A stretch of 64,000 bases of DNA from a virus. Of the stretch, positions 30,011 through 39,357 are shown one piece after another. The position numbers were made by a program, and so were the translations under genes. Position 1 is the stretch's first letter, and the number at the start of each line of letters is the position of its first letter. The stretch lies in the IMG/VR virus record IMGVR_UViG_3300042882_000327, positions 1-64,000 of that record. One strand, 5' to 3'. Under the pieces are notes generated by a model. It saw only the letters and a list, made by a program, of their open reading frames with translations, searched no databases and was not told the origin of the DNA.

Positions 30011-30848
30011 TAATGTATCTTAAAAAACTATATAGTCCATTCAAATCCGGTGTTCTGTGGAACAATGGTTGAGAAGCTATTGACGAAAACGCATTAAGAC
30101 TTCTTTCATATCTAACTATCGTATCTAATATTGATTCTGTTGAATCATAATCGGCATAGTTAATATAACACCTATCATTAAAATCTAATGCTGTACTTTG
30201 AGGTCCGTAATATATTGGTATACATCCGGCAATTTTCGCTTCGAATAACTTTTCCGTTGTGTAGCCGTCAGTAATAGAATTTTCGAAACAAATATTCCAT
30301 CGATAATTTTCTAAAAGTTTAACTTTACACCCTTCATATGGATTGCCAAATGCTCTTCCAAATGTATGAACTCCTTTAAACTCATTCAATTTACTAGCAA
30401 CATCAAACCTATTCTGAACTGCGTTTCCTATAACAATAGCACAAAAGTTTTCTCTATCCCAAATCTCTTTCGGTTGCCATTTATGATTCATCTGATCTAA
30501 TGATATTCTTGCGTGGGGAAAATTGGGTTCATTCCACCAATTAACATAGAGATACCAATGAGGAAGTCTAAAATTTCTACCACTATAAGTATCAAAATCA
30601 AAGGAAAGAGTATAATCAGCAAAAGCGAATTCTGCTCTTTCATTTTCGCCAGTATAGAAAATCTTGACAGCTTTAGAATTTTTATGTTTAAATCGTTCTT
30701 TACCAAATGAAGAAGCAAATATAATATCCGCTTCTTTCGGAGAAGAATTAAAATTAAATTCTTTATTAAAGCAATCTTTAAATACTAGATTAAACCAATT
30801 AGAATTTGGATCAAATCCGGGCCAAAAGTCTAAATAGCAAATATTCAT
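30000..30848 (-). CDS. GT10 alpha-1,3-fucosyltransferase-like protein
   Basis: Motifs KIFYTGEN, R.P.W, Y.WNICFENS..DGY.TEKL, IPIYYG. Confidence 0.88.
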   Translation of the reverse strand: MNICYLDFWPGFDPNSNWFNLVFKDCFNKEFNFNSSPKEADIIFASSFGKERFKHKNSKAVKIFYTGENERAEFAFADYTLSFDFDTYSGRNFRLPHWYLYVNWWNEPNFPHARISLDQMNHKWQPKEIWDRENFCAIVIGNAVQNRFDVASKLNEFKGVHTFGRAFGNPYEGCKVKLLENYRWNICFENSITDGYTTEKLFEAKIAGCIPIYYGPQSTALDFNDRCYINYADYDSTESILDTIVRYERSLNAFSSIASQPLFHRTPDLNGLYSFLRYIIGK

Positions 30849-31613
30849 TTAAAATCTCGCATTAGTATCATATACAAAAATATTATTTTTTTCTTCATTA
30901 ACATGATATAAAGCATTCAATGCTTTGTGATCCATTTTCATATCATAAATTACAGATTTTAACAGATCATTACATTTTTGGAACATTTCTGCCATTTCTT
31001 GTTCGGCTTGTTCTTTTTTATACCCCGTTCCAGCGGGATGTTTAATTTCGAAATTATAATCTCTAATTACATATTTTCTTCTAAGATGTGAAAATGCACA
31101 GATCAGAAGATCCCAGCCCCAACCAAGATGATTTGTTTCCATCAAACTCACTTCACTCTTCATGTCAGAAATAATATCTTTATGAACCATCCAGCATGTA
31201 TTATCTGTATCAGCTACTACTCGGAGATTATTTTCAAGATCAAACATATCCGTTCTTTCCGAAATATAGTAGGTGTCATTTACATTTGGAGCATAAACTC
31301 CCCATTGATATTTTTCATATGATTTTTCTGCCGACTTTAGAATATTTTCCCAATTATCATAAGAAGCATCTGATTGAACATGCCAAAAGAAATCATATTC
31401 CGACTCATCAAATAATTCAAGAGCTTTTCTAAATTGATCCGAAAAATAGCATTCATTGCCTATATTGATCCAATGATCGTGTTTATTATCATCATCGGAA
31501 TTAATAACCGTGACATCAACCATCGACGATAGATATTCTTCTAAAAATATTGTATTTTTATATTGCCCCTTCCACGAAAATATAAAACATTTAATTCTCA
31601 TTTTTTTCTCCAA
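30849..31613 (-). CDS. putative GT-A glycosyltransferase
   Basis: Motifs SDA, WGVYAP, GWG.D, I.HP; inside the sugar cluster. Confidence 0.6.
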   Translation of the reverse strand: MEKKMRIKCFIFSWKGQYKNTIFLEEYLSSMVDVTVINSDDDNKHDHWINIGNECYFSDQFRKALELFDESEYDFFWHVQSDASYDNWENILKSAEKSYEKYQWGVYAPNVNDTYYISERTDMFDLENNLRVVADTDNTCWMVHKDIISDMKSEVSLMETNHLGWGWDLLICAFSHLRRKYVIRDYNFEIKHPAGTGYKKEQAEQEMAEMFQKCNDLLKSVIYDMKMDHKALNALYHVNEEKNNIFVYDTNARF

Positions 31614-32338
31614 GGAAATTCGCCTTTATATTTTTCAATCATAATTTCATTACCATTAATAAAGAATTCTTTTTTAACCGACCTTTCGGTATTACCCGCA
31701 CGATAATTTACAGTATATTGACCCGTACATTCTTGTGCTAGATTATTACTTCTTAAAACATGAGTCAAAAATCTATCTACTTCCGGCACTCCGGGTTCTC
31801 TTGCTTTACGATACCAAATGGGAGAAGTTTGTAGAGCTACCTCTTTGGGCAAAAAGAAGCAATTAACATCAACAAAATAATCTCGTTCATCCAGTATAGA
31901 TGGATAATTCCCCAAAGATTCGCAATCATCATTGCAAACATAATTGCCTTCGGCATCAACAATCTTCCTCAAAGAATATGCCCATCCCTTTCCGGAAATT
32001 GCTTCCATCAAAGATTCTACATGAGTTTCATCATACCAGTTATCTTCGTCTAGGAAACAAACAAAATCTCCTTTACAGAGATAAATAGATGCTCCATAAA
32101 TTCTGTGACCATTAAATCTATCTTCGCCAGTTGGATATGGAAGAGGAATAACATCTACTAGCCTATTAGAAATATCAGTATCTTTTAAAATATCAGCAAC
32201 TTTGTCAAGATACTTCTTTCCATCAACTACAATTAGATGTTGAATATGTTTGTAAGTTTGTTTTTGAATTGATTCAACTGCTTTTTTTAGATACTGAGTA
32301 CCTGTGGTTGGTGTAATCACCGTCACTGTTTGATTCAT
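31598..32338 (-). CDS. GT2 glycosyltransferase
   Basis: Motifs VITPT, S...QTY, VVDG, FLDEDNW, T..YR. Confidence 0.85.
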   Translation of the reverse strand: MNQTVTVITPTTGTQYLKKAVESIQKQTYKHIQHLIVVDGKKYLDKVADILKDTDISNRLVDVIPLPYPTGEDRFNGHRIYGASIYLCKGDFVCFLDEDNWYDETHVESLMEAISGKGWAYSLRKIVDAEGNYVCNDDCESLGNYPSILDERDYFVDVNCFFLPKEVALQTSPIWYRKAREPGVPEVDRFLTHVLRSNNLAQECTGQYTVNYRAGNTERSVKKEFFINGNEIMIEKYKGEFPWRKK

Positions 32339-32346
32339 AATAAGTC

Positions 32347-32811
32347 CTATAATCTTAAAATTCCAAAATGTTCTTTTGATCCTTCAATCGGATCAATGGT
32401 ATATATAACTGTTTTTATCCCATAATCTTTTATACATCTAATACACCCATCACAAGGCATACAAATGCCGGAGATAAAAGAGTCTTTTTTTGTGGACTCG
32501 TATTTCACTCTAGCAACATATAGAGTGGACTTTTCAAATTTATCGAAATGTATTTTTTTATCGGCATTAAAAATAGCAGAAGTTTCAGAATGCCAATAAA
32601 TAGCTTCTTCATTTCTTGAATATCTACTTTGATATGGATGGGATTTCATTTGATTCACCCCATAGGATATTATTTTATTTCTATAAACAAGTGCTGACGC
32701 AATCCAGACTTTTGGATGAGTTCCAGAAAGCGCCAGAGTTTTTAGATCATCTATCAATTTTAAATCAATCTTCATAGGATCATTATACCACGAAGATATA
32801 CAAATTGTCAA
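32347..32811 (-). CDS. zinc-dependent cytidine/deoxycytidylate deaminase family protein
   Basis: Motifs G.N, HSE, LYVAR, PCDGC. Confidence 0.8.
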   Translation of the reverse strand: MTICISSWYNDPMKIDLKLIDDLKTLALSGTHPKVWIASALVYRNKIISYGVNQMKSHPYQSRYSRNEEAIYWHSETSAIFNADKKIHFDKFEKSTLYVARVKYESTKKDSFISGICMPCDGCIRCIKDYGIKTVIYTIDPIEGSKEHFGILRL

Positions 32812-33362
32812 ATGTATTCGTTATATGTAGTTATTATGTACTTTGGTCCAGAAATTGGTTTTTTTCCTGTATGAATATTAGTCCACAAGGGAGGAAACAT
32901 TAAAAGATTTCCCATTTCTGGTTTGATAATTATCTCATCTTCTCTACCGAAAGTAGTTTCTCCCCCAATTTCCACATTATTTAAATAAAATAAAAATGAC
33001 AAATACCTTTTTGCAGATTCTTTATTCTGAACATCTACATGCAATTTAAACTCATGAAAATCATTTGGTAAATACTTCTTGATTCTAATCTCTTCAAATG
33101 CATAAGTATTGGGAAATTGGTGTTCGTCTATACCAAAATGTTCTTTATAATCTTTTGTATATTCCTTGCAAAGATATAGAAAATATTCGATCAAGTCTCC
33201 CCATTTCTGGGGATTTTTATTGATATTCAATTCTGTAAACTTGATGTAATCATTTATATTTCGTTCTTCATGCTCTTCCGGAGAAGATTCGAACATATTA
33301 ATAATAGTATCACACGTCTGTTGATTTAAAACATTTTTATAAAGTCTAGTGAAATCAAACAT
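32808..33362 (-). CDS. 2OG-Fe(II) oxygenase, prolyl-4-hydroxylase-like
   Basis: Motifs HVD, YLN....GGET.F, FPP.W..H, KY. Confidence 0.85.
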   Translation of the reverse strand: MFDFTRLYKNVLNQQTCDTIINMFESSPEEHEERNINDYIKFTELNINKNPQKWGDLIEYFLYLCKEYTKDYKEHFGIDEHQFPNTYAFEEIRIKKYLPNDFHEFKLHVDVQNKESAKRYLSFLFYLNNVEIGGETTFGREDEIIIKPEMGNLLMFPPLWTNIHTGKKPISGPKYIITTYNEYI

Positions 33363-34741
33363 TATATTTTAAATCCTTCAAATTTATCTTTCATACTTTT
33401 GTGTTGAGGCATTTGTGGCATTTGTCCGGAATCAGTAATTCCTACTTGAGCAGAATTTTCAACGTCATATAATCTCATCTTTGCTCTATCAATGCCTACA
33501 ACAAATCGCTTATTAATATTCTTGTCCGCATATCTACTTTTAATTTGCTTAATCATAATCTGTCCCAGAGAATCTAATTCTTCAGTAGATATGAGAGCAA
33601 CAATCCAGTCTGCCGTCATACTTGTACCATGAGATTCTGAAACATCTTCCATATTAGGATCAGAGCTTGATCCGCCCCCACGATTAAATTGAGAAGAACT
33701 TAAAATTGGAACTTTAAATTCGACTGCAAGTCCTCGTAACTCTTCGGCAATTGCTTTAACATAAGAATACATATTAACCGAAGAACTTAGTTTTAATCGA
33801 GAAGAAGAACAGATGTTCATATAGTCTACAACGATTATATCCGGAATAAAATTCTTTTTTAAATTTAATTCATTCAACAAGTTTCTAAAATGAATAACTC
33901 CAGCAGACGAAGTTGGGTATTGTTTGATAATCAGCTTTCCAACGGTATTAGATCTGATCTTGCCTATCTTCCTATCAAACAATTCTTTTGGCATACTCAT
34001 CAACTCGTCCATAGAAACATTCATTAGATTAGCATCGATTCTTTTACCAATTTCTTCTTCGGACATTTCTAATGTGATATACAAAACATTCTTGCCTATC
34101 TGTAGGTAGTGAGAGGCAAAATGACACTTAGTCAACGTCTTACCAACATTTGTTCCAGAAATTAAAAGATTAAGTGTTCCTTTGGGAAGTCCACCATTAG
34201 TAATTTTATTAAAGTATTCCAAATCAAACGGAATTCTTTCTTCTTTACGATGATAGTATTCATATCTAGAATCAAAGTCTTCAATGAAGTCATGCCCAAC
34301 GCTTTGATCAAAAGATACTGCCAAAGCATCAGACAAAATCTTAGGAATGGAACCTTTATCTAGAGTTTTATTCTTTCCGTCCAATATAGAAATTGACTCC
34401 AAAACTCCGTTGTAGATTGCCTGATCTTGGCAGAATTTTTCGGTCTTATCGACTAACCATTCTTGTTTACATAATTCATCTTTAGTAGATTGTATCTCAT
34501 TCAGAACTTCGATACTTTGTGTATATTCTTCTTCAGATAAATTGTTTTCATTCAACTGAATGATTAAAGACTCGTAGGTAGGATTTGTATTATATTCTCC
34601 CACAAAGTCTTTAATCTGCTCATAAATTGTCTTTTCAGTTCTATCAGAGAAATATTCGGATTTAATAAAAGGCAAAACCTTTCTAGTATAATCCTCATCA
34701 TATATTAAATGCTTTAAAATAGCATGTTCAATTCTCATCAA
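33362..34741 (-). CDS. 41: replicative helicase gp41
   Basis: Motifs GTNVGKT, TLEMSEE, VDYMN, SQ.NR, K.R. Confidence 0.95.
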   Translation of the reverse strand: MMRIEHAILKHLIYDEDYTRKVLPFIKSEYFSDRTEKTIYEQIKDFVGEYNTNPTYESLIIQLNENNLSEEEYTQSIEVLNEIQSTKDELCKQEWLVDKTEKFCQDQAIYNGVLESISILDGKNKTLDKGSIPKILSDALAVSFDQSVGHDFIEDFDSRYEYYHRKEERIPFDLEYFNKITNGGLPKGTLNLLISGTNVGKTLTKCHFASHYLQIGKNVLYITLEMSEEEIGKRIDANLMNVSMDELMSMPKELFDRKIGKIRSNTVGKLIIKQYPTSSAGVIHFRNLLNELNLKKNFIPDIIVVDYMNICSSSRLKLSSSVNMYSYVKAIAEELRGLAVEFKVPILSSSQFNRGGGSSSDPNMEDVSESHGTSMTADWIVALISTEELDSLGQIMIKQIKSRYADKNINKRFVVGIDRAKMRLYDVENSAQVGITDSGQMPQMPQHKSMKDKFEGFKI

Positions 34742-35034
34742 ACCTCCTCGGTTTCTGATTTCAGCCTTTGTTCAATCAATGAAACTAAAATATTTCCAAT
34801 ATGATTTTTAAAATCATCTTCGCTCTCCAAATCATCATTACCATTATTATCTATAATATCATAATTAAAAGATAGCACTGGATTATTTGGATCTTCATCA
34901 ATCGAAACACCACCATATCGATAGACAACTCCAGCATATTCTCCAGCTAGTAATTTTATATCAATATTATCAGACACCTCTTCTGGAATAACAAATTTGA
35001 AATCCACTCCTTCCAAATATTCTTTATTAATCAT
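34738..35034 (-). CDS. gp40-like head vertex assembly chaperone (probable)
   Basis: Sits between uvsX and 41 as in T4; I.L..G.Y.GVVYRYG.V motif; start reassigned to MINKEYL. Confidence 0.5.
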   Translation of the reverse strand: MINKEYLEGVDFKFVIPEEVSDNIDIKLLAGEYAGVVYRYGGVSIDEDPNNPVLSFNYDIIDNNGNDDLESEDDFKNHIGNILVSLIEQRLKSETEEV

Positions 35035-35632
35035 CTTCTTCTTCTCCATATTCACTATCTTGATTTTTGTTAAACTCTTCTTCAATATCATTATCAGAAA
35101 TGATAGCATGAGAAGAAATAGCGTAGCGTTCATAAATGTCATTCTTAAACCTTTCAGAATTCAAAATTGGTTCCCAAAACTCTTTTGTATTGGTTTCTTT
35201 TAATCTATATTTTTTATCTTCAACTTCTCCAGTTTCTTTATTAACTCTGGAATACCATCCATTAGATGGTTTCATAACAAACCCAAGTTCCAAAGCAATA
35301 TCAATCAAACCAGAATATTTACTAACCCCATTATCAAAAGAAATATTAATTGGAATTTTGGACTTTTCTCTAACATACCTGGATTTTTCTACATTAATAA
35401 TGAAGTTATATCCAGACAATTCTGTACCATCCTTTTCTTGTTGGCGACCAAGGATATAAATATTGTCTGCCGAATAATAACTCCCCGTGTTGTGTGTTAC
35501 CACATTATTTTCAAGCACATAATGTTCAGCGTCTTTAACTGAAATATCATAAACTTTATGTCTTCCAACCGACTTAATTGATTTAATAGTTTTAGTCCAT
35601 TTATTAGACCATTTAACTGATTTAATTTTCAT
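35027..35632 (-). CDS. uvsX: UvsX C-terminal part preceded by split-intein C fragment (IntC, 48 aa)
   Basis: VYDISV....HYVL....THN|TGSYYSADNI...EKSR; has its own GAGGA SD. Confidence 0.92.
   Translation of the reverse strand: MKIKSVKWSNKWTKTIKSIKSVGRHKVYDISVKDAEHYVLENNVVTHNTGSYYSADNIYILGRQQEKDGTELSGYNFIINVEKSRYVREKSKIPINISFDNGVSKYSGLIDIALELGFVMKPSNGWYSRVNKETGEVEDKKYRLKETNTKEFWEPILNSERFKNDIYERYAISSHAIISDNDIEEEFNKNQDSEYGEEEDD
35489..35632 (-). mobile_element. split intein C fragment
   Basis: Block F VYDISV, block G THN, +1 Thr. Confidence 0.9.
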
Positions 35633-35840
35633 AATTTAGTTTCCTCTTACAATTTTCATTATGCCATCTTTTCAAATTAGAAGCTGTTGTTACTACATCA
35701 CAATACTCACCTTTATACTTTGGTTCTGGATTCAATTTTCTAGGATTAACCCAATCAGGACTATTACACAATTCATCATTTTTAGAAACTCTTACAATTT
35801 CTTTTGTATATAAATTCTGAATCTTAATATATTGCCGATT
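35624..35840 (-). pseudogene. start-less C-terminal remnant of a homing endonuclease
   Basis: Open frame IKIQNLYTKEIVRVSK...KYKGEYCDVVTTASNLKRWHNENCK; no ATG and an in-frame TAG just upstream; the Zn-finger first Cys reads Gly. Confidence 0.65.
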
Positions 35841-36744
35841 CCATTCCTACTTTAAGATCTTTTGCTTCAATCCATTCCCCATTAATTTCCCCACCAATTA
35901 AGAATTTGTGTCTATCAGAACAAATAACTTTGTATCCATCCTCAAACTCTATCTCAAAACATTCTGGTTCACCATCATCCAATGTATCAGGATTCCATGT
36001 TGCCGTAACTTCTTTATCGCCAATCAAAGTTTTAACAAAGTCTCCCACAGAAATTTCTTCAATATTTTTAAATGTATCGTTCGAAAGTTGGATTTTAGTT
36101 CCTGCAACCAAACAACCACCACCAACAATATCCTTTGCATACAATTCCATAGTTTTGTATGTATGATTTACTGCTACCAAAGGAATATCCTTTAGAGTCA
36201 AATGTGGAGTAACCATACGGAACAGACTCTTTAATTGTTTTGCACGAGTCATATCAGCAGCAGACTTTCCTTCCAATGCATCATCCACCTCTTTCTTGGA
36301 GGCAAGATTACCAATAGAATCGATAAGAATAATAATCTTATCTCCGCGTTCAATGTTATTCATTTGCTGCATAATATCAAACTTCAGTTCTTCCACATTT
36401 ACAATAGGAACGTGGAAAACACGATTCAAATCAATCCCAAAAGATTTGAAATATGATTGCGGCGATCCAAATTCGGAATCATAAAACATTAATACAGCAT
36501 CTGGATATTTATCCATATATGCCTTTGCCATCAAGAGGGAAAATCCAGTCTTGAACATCTTGGAAACTCCAGCCCACATGGTAAACCCGGAGTGGAATCC
36601 ACCATCGATTCTAGCAGAAAATGCAATGTTTAATACAGGAATTGATGTAGTAACAAAATCCTTATCCGCAAAGAATTTCGATTTGGCAAGGATAGAAGAT
36701 TCTTTAATAGTGGAATTCTTCTTCAATTTATCTAATACACTCAT
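35824..36744 (-). CDS. uvsX: UvsX (RecA-like) N-terminal part fused to split-intein N fragment (IntN, 96 aa)
   Basis: P-loop AG.SK.FKT, DSEFG, IDSIGNL, VNHTY, ...VGGG|CLVAGT. Confidence 0.93.
   Translation of the reverse strand: MSVLDKLKKNSTIKESSILAKSKFFADKDFVTTSIPVLNIAFSARIDGGFHSGFTMWAGVSKMFKTGFSLLMAKAYMDKYPDAVLMFYDSEFGSPQSYFKSFGIDLNRVFHVPIVNVEELKFDIMQQMNNIERGDKIIILIDSIGNLASKKEVDDALEGKSAADMTRAKQLKSLFRMVTPHLTLKDIPLVAVNHTYKTMELYAKDIVGGGCLVAGTKIQLSNDTFKNIEEISVGDFVKTLIGDKEVTATWNPDTLDDGEPECFEIEFEDGYKVICSDRHKFLIGGEINGEWIEAKDLKVGMESAIY
35827..36114 (-). mobile_element. split intein N fragment
   Basis: Block A CLVAGTKI, block B CSDRHKF, W.EA.DL..G. Confidence 0.9.
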
Positions 36745-36759
36745 AATAACCTCTTTTAA

Positions 36760-39348
36760 CTAAAAAAAATCTTCAATAGTATTTCTCTTTTCCGTATCCC
36801 ACCCAACAATTTCTGTCAACGGTTTTAGTGGTTCCAGAAAGACCTTCTCAAACATCATATTATAATCCACATAGCCCAATAAATCAAATTCTTTTGGAAG
36901 TTTTTCTGGGAAAGCTATAACATTTTCCCGAATTGGGTTTGGGACTCGTAAATAACAATATTTGATCTTATCCCCATCCTTTATATATTCATAAGTTGAA
37001 TTCAATTTTGAATCATCAAGAAATTTATTATACATGATAGATGCTCTTACATGTATTGGAGTTCCTTTCTTATAAATCATGCTTGAGTCATGATACTTGT
37101 TTATACCATTAACTCCCTTGGAAAAAGATATTTGTTCAATTTTAAATTGATTGAACTTATTCTTAAAATCGACTACAAATGATTGAAACTTTACTTTATC
37201 TTCGTCTAGAATCATCTTTAAACAATCCTTCAAAGCAACTCTAACCAATGCGGGGGTTGTCGATTGAACAATCTGTAATCCTGTTACTTTAATCTTGGGT
37301 TCCGAGTAAATTACACCTTCGTTAGAATATACATTAAGAGCATATCGCTTTTTTCTCGTAAAGATCGAAGTTGAGCAAATCTTCTCTAATTTATACTTGA
37401 GTTTGTTATCATAAGAGTTTACATAATCTGATAACTCATCACAAAATTTATCAATTTCTGGTTGTATTTTGTTTGTAGCAGACTTTAGCAAAAAATCGAC
37501 AATCTTATTGGGAGGAGTGCCTTCTGGACATACATTATTTACCAAACCATTCAAAGATAAAAACAATGAATCAGTATCACCACCAATAATATAATCTTCA
37601 TCGGTTTTAAGAATATTATTAAGATATGCATTAATCTTATTAGCAACCCATCTATTAGAAAGCTGTCCTTCCATAGTAATTGCTTCGGCTTGACGAACAT
37701 CAAAGAATCTAAAAAATTTAGTTCCAAGACATCCATACAAACTATTCAAACAAAGTTTCATAGCATTTTGAAGATTGTTAAATCTTGATATCTCAAAACT
37801 CAACCTTTCTTTTTCGAGAATTAAATTGGGATCTGTCTTATCCGTCTTCAGTTTAGCATCAATAACTTCATATTCCTGTTGAGCAGAAATCATTTTCTTT
37901 TTATATTCTTGTCTAGCCTTGAACATCTTTTCAACCATTTCTGGAAGAAATCCTTTACGATCAGTCCTAAAGAATTGTCCATTGGGTGTCAGAGTCACAT
38001 TATTCTCTTTTAACTTATCTAACTGAATCTTTTTTTCTAGAAGATTATCAACGGATATTGGCTGAGAAAGAATATTCTTCATATCATCAGTATAATCTTT
38101 GGGATCTACTAATGTTTCTGGAGAAACATTTTTACCCATAATAATAGATGGATATAGACTGGTTGCATCTAGAGTTACAATCCATTTATGCATTCCGGGT
38201 TTAGTCGGCTTTACAAAAGCTCCCTCATACTGTTGATCTTCGCCAATTACATTTTGTGGAATTTGGATATTCTTCTTTTTCAAATAATCATAAACAAGAG
38301 CATCCCACATTTTAGTCTGTTGAAATATATCATCGAAATTGGTTTTTGAATTATATGAAAGAGTTAATCCAAGTTCGAATAACTTACATTTATGATCTAA
38401 ACTCTCAACCAACTCAACGTCTTTTAAGTTATATTCATAGAACTTTTGTTTATCTTCCTCATATAATTTATGAAGAGAACCCTCAAATTCAATCTTATTT
38501 TCACCAATTTCCACTTCGGCAATATAGTCTAATTTATAGCTCTCTTGAGAACTTCCTCCCGGTTGATACTTCTTATATAAATCTATATAATCCAAAGATG
38601 ACACCCCAACAATAGTATATGTCTTATCTTCGTCATATCTACCAAACTTCTCATTAAATTTTCTTGTCGATTTTTCTTGGATAAATCCCCAAGGAGAAAG
38701 TTTCTTCGTTTCTTGTACTCCAACAATTTTATTAAATCTATTAACTATGTAAGGAATATCGAATCCGGCAGTATTCCATCCAGAAACTGCATTTGGATAA
38801 TCCATACTCCAAACATCAATAAACTTTTTAATCAAAGTATATTCATCTTTACATTTGATATAATATACATTATCAGGAGATTTGAAATCATGGTATCCGA
38901 ACAAATAATATTTCTCTTCTCCATAGAATTTTAGAGCAATAGAAATTATTGGTTGATGAGGATCATCTGCTGATGCGAAACCTCCCCGTTCCGGATCAGA
39001 GTTTACTTCAATATCGACAATGGCAATACGAATTTTAGAAAAATCCCATTCTATATCATCAGGAAACAAATCAGAAATAAAACAATATTCATACTTAGTA
39101 TTCCCGTAAATCGAAAAATTGTCAACTTGAGAATACTGAGCAATGAATTCTTTACACTTCTTTATAGACCCCGGCTTCCTCTTTTGAAGATATTCTCCAT
39201 AAATTGTTTTATAAGGAGATTTCTCTGTAGTTGGAACATAAAGCGAGGGCGAATATGGAACTTTGGTTCTTATCTTTTTCCCGTTTTTAATACCAATATA
39301 CAAAATATTATCGCCATATTGCTTGGCATTCAAATAAAAACTGGACAT
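36760..39348 (-). CDS. 43: family B DNA polymerase gp43
   Basis: Exonuclease DIE, GWN..GFD, Y...D; polymerase D.TSLYPS, K...NSLYG, DTDS, KKRY. Confidence 0.97.
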   Translation of the reverse strand: MSSFYLNAKQYGDNILYIGIKNGKKIRTKVPYSPSLYVPTTEKSPYKTIYGEYLQKRKPGSIKKCKEFIAQYSQVDNFSIYGNTKYEYCFISDLFPDDIEWDFSKIRIAIVDIEVNSDPERGGFASADDPHQPIISIALKFYGEEKYYLFGYHDFKSPDNVYYIKCKDEYTLIKKFIDVWSMDYPNAVSGWNTAGFDIPYIVNRFNKIVGVQETKKLSPWGFIQEKSTRKFNEKFGRYDEDKTYTIVGVSSLDYIDLYKKYQPGGSSQESYKLDYIAEVEIGENKIEFEGSLHKLYEEDKQKFYEYNLKDVELVESLDHKCKLFELGLTLSYNSKTNFDDIFQQTKMWDALVYDYLKKKNIQIPQNVIGEDQQYEGAFVKPTKPGMHKWIVTLDATSLYPSIIMGKNVSPETLVDPKDYTDDMKNILSQPISVDNLLEKKIQLDKLKENNVTLTPNGQFFRTDRKGFLPEMVEKMFKARQEYKKKMISAQQEYEVIDAKLKTDKTDPNLILEKERLSFEISRFNNLQNAMKLCLNSLYGCLGTKFFRFFDVRQAEAITMEGQLSNRWVANKINAYLNNILKTDEDYIIGGDTDSLFLSLNGLVNNVCPEGTPPNKIVDFLLKSATNKIQPEIDKFCDELSDYVNSYDNKLKYKLEKICSTSIFTRKKRYALNVYSNEGVIYSEPKIKVTGLQIVQSTTPALVRVALKDCLKMILDEDKVKFQSFVVDFKNKFNQFKIEQISFSKGVNGINKYHDSSMIYKKGTPIHVRASIMYNKFLDDSKLNSTYEYIKDGDKIKYCYLRVPNPIRENVIAFPEKLPKEFDLLGYVDYNMMFEKVFLEPLKPLTEIVGWDTEKRNTIEDFF

Positions 39349-39357
39349 TAAGACCTC

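Noticed and set aside
32808-33362. TET/JBP base hydroxylase
   Set aside because: The motif spacing (HxD, YLN...GGET, FP...H...K) is of the prolyl-hydroxylase-like type and no C5 methyltransferase is adjacent; a DNA substrate is not excluded but is unsupported.
35027-36744. uvsX as a frameshifted pseudogene or a contiguous intein broken by a sequencing error
   Set aside because: Both intein termini are intact, IntC has its own SD and ATG, and joining the halves through the open spacer frame needs two separate frame changes.
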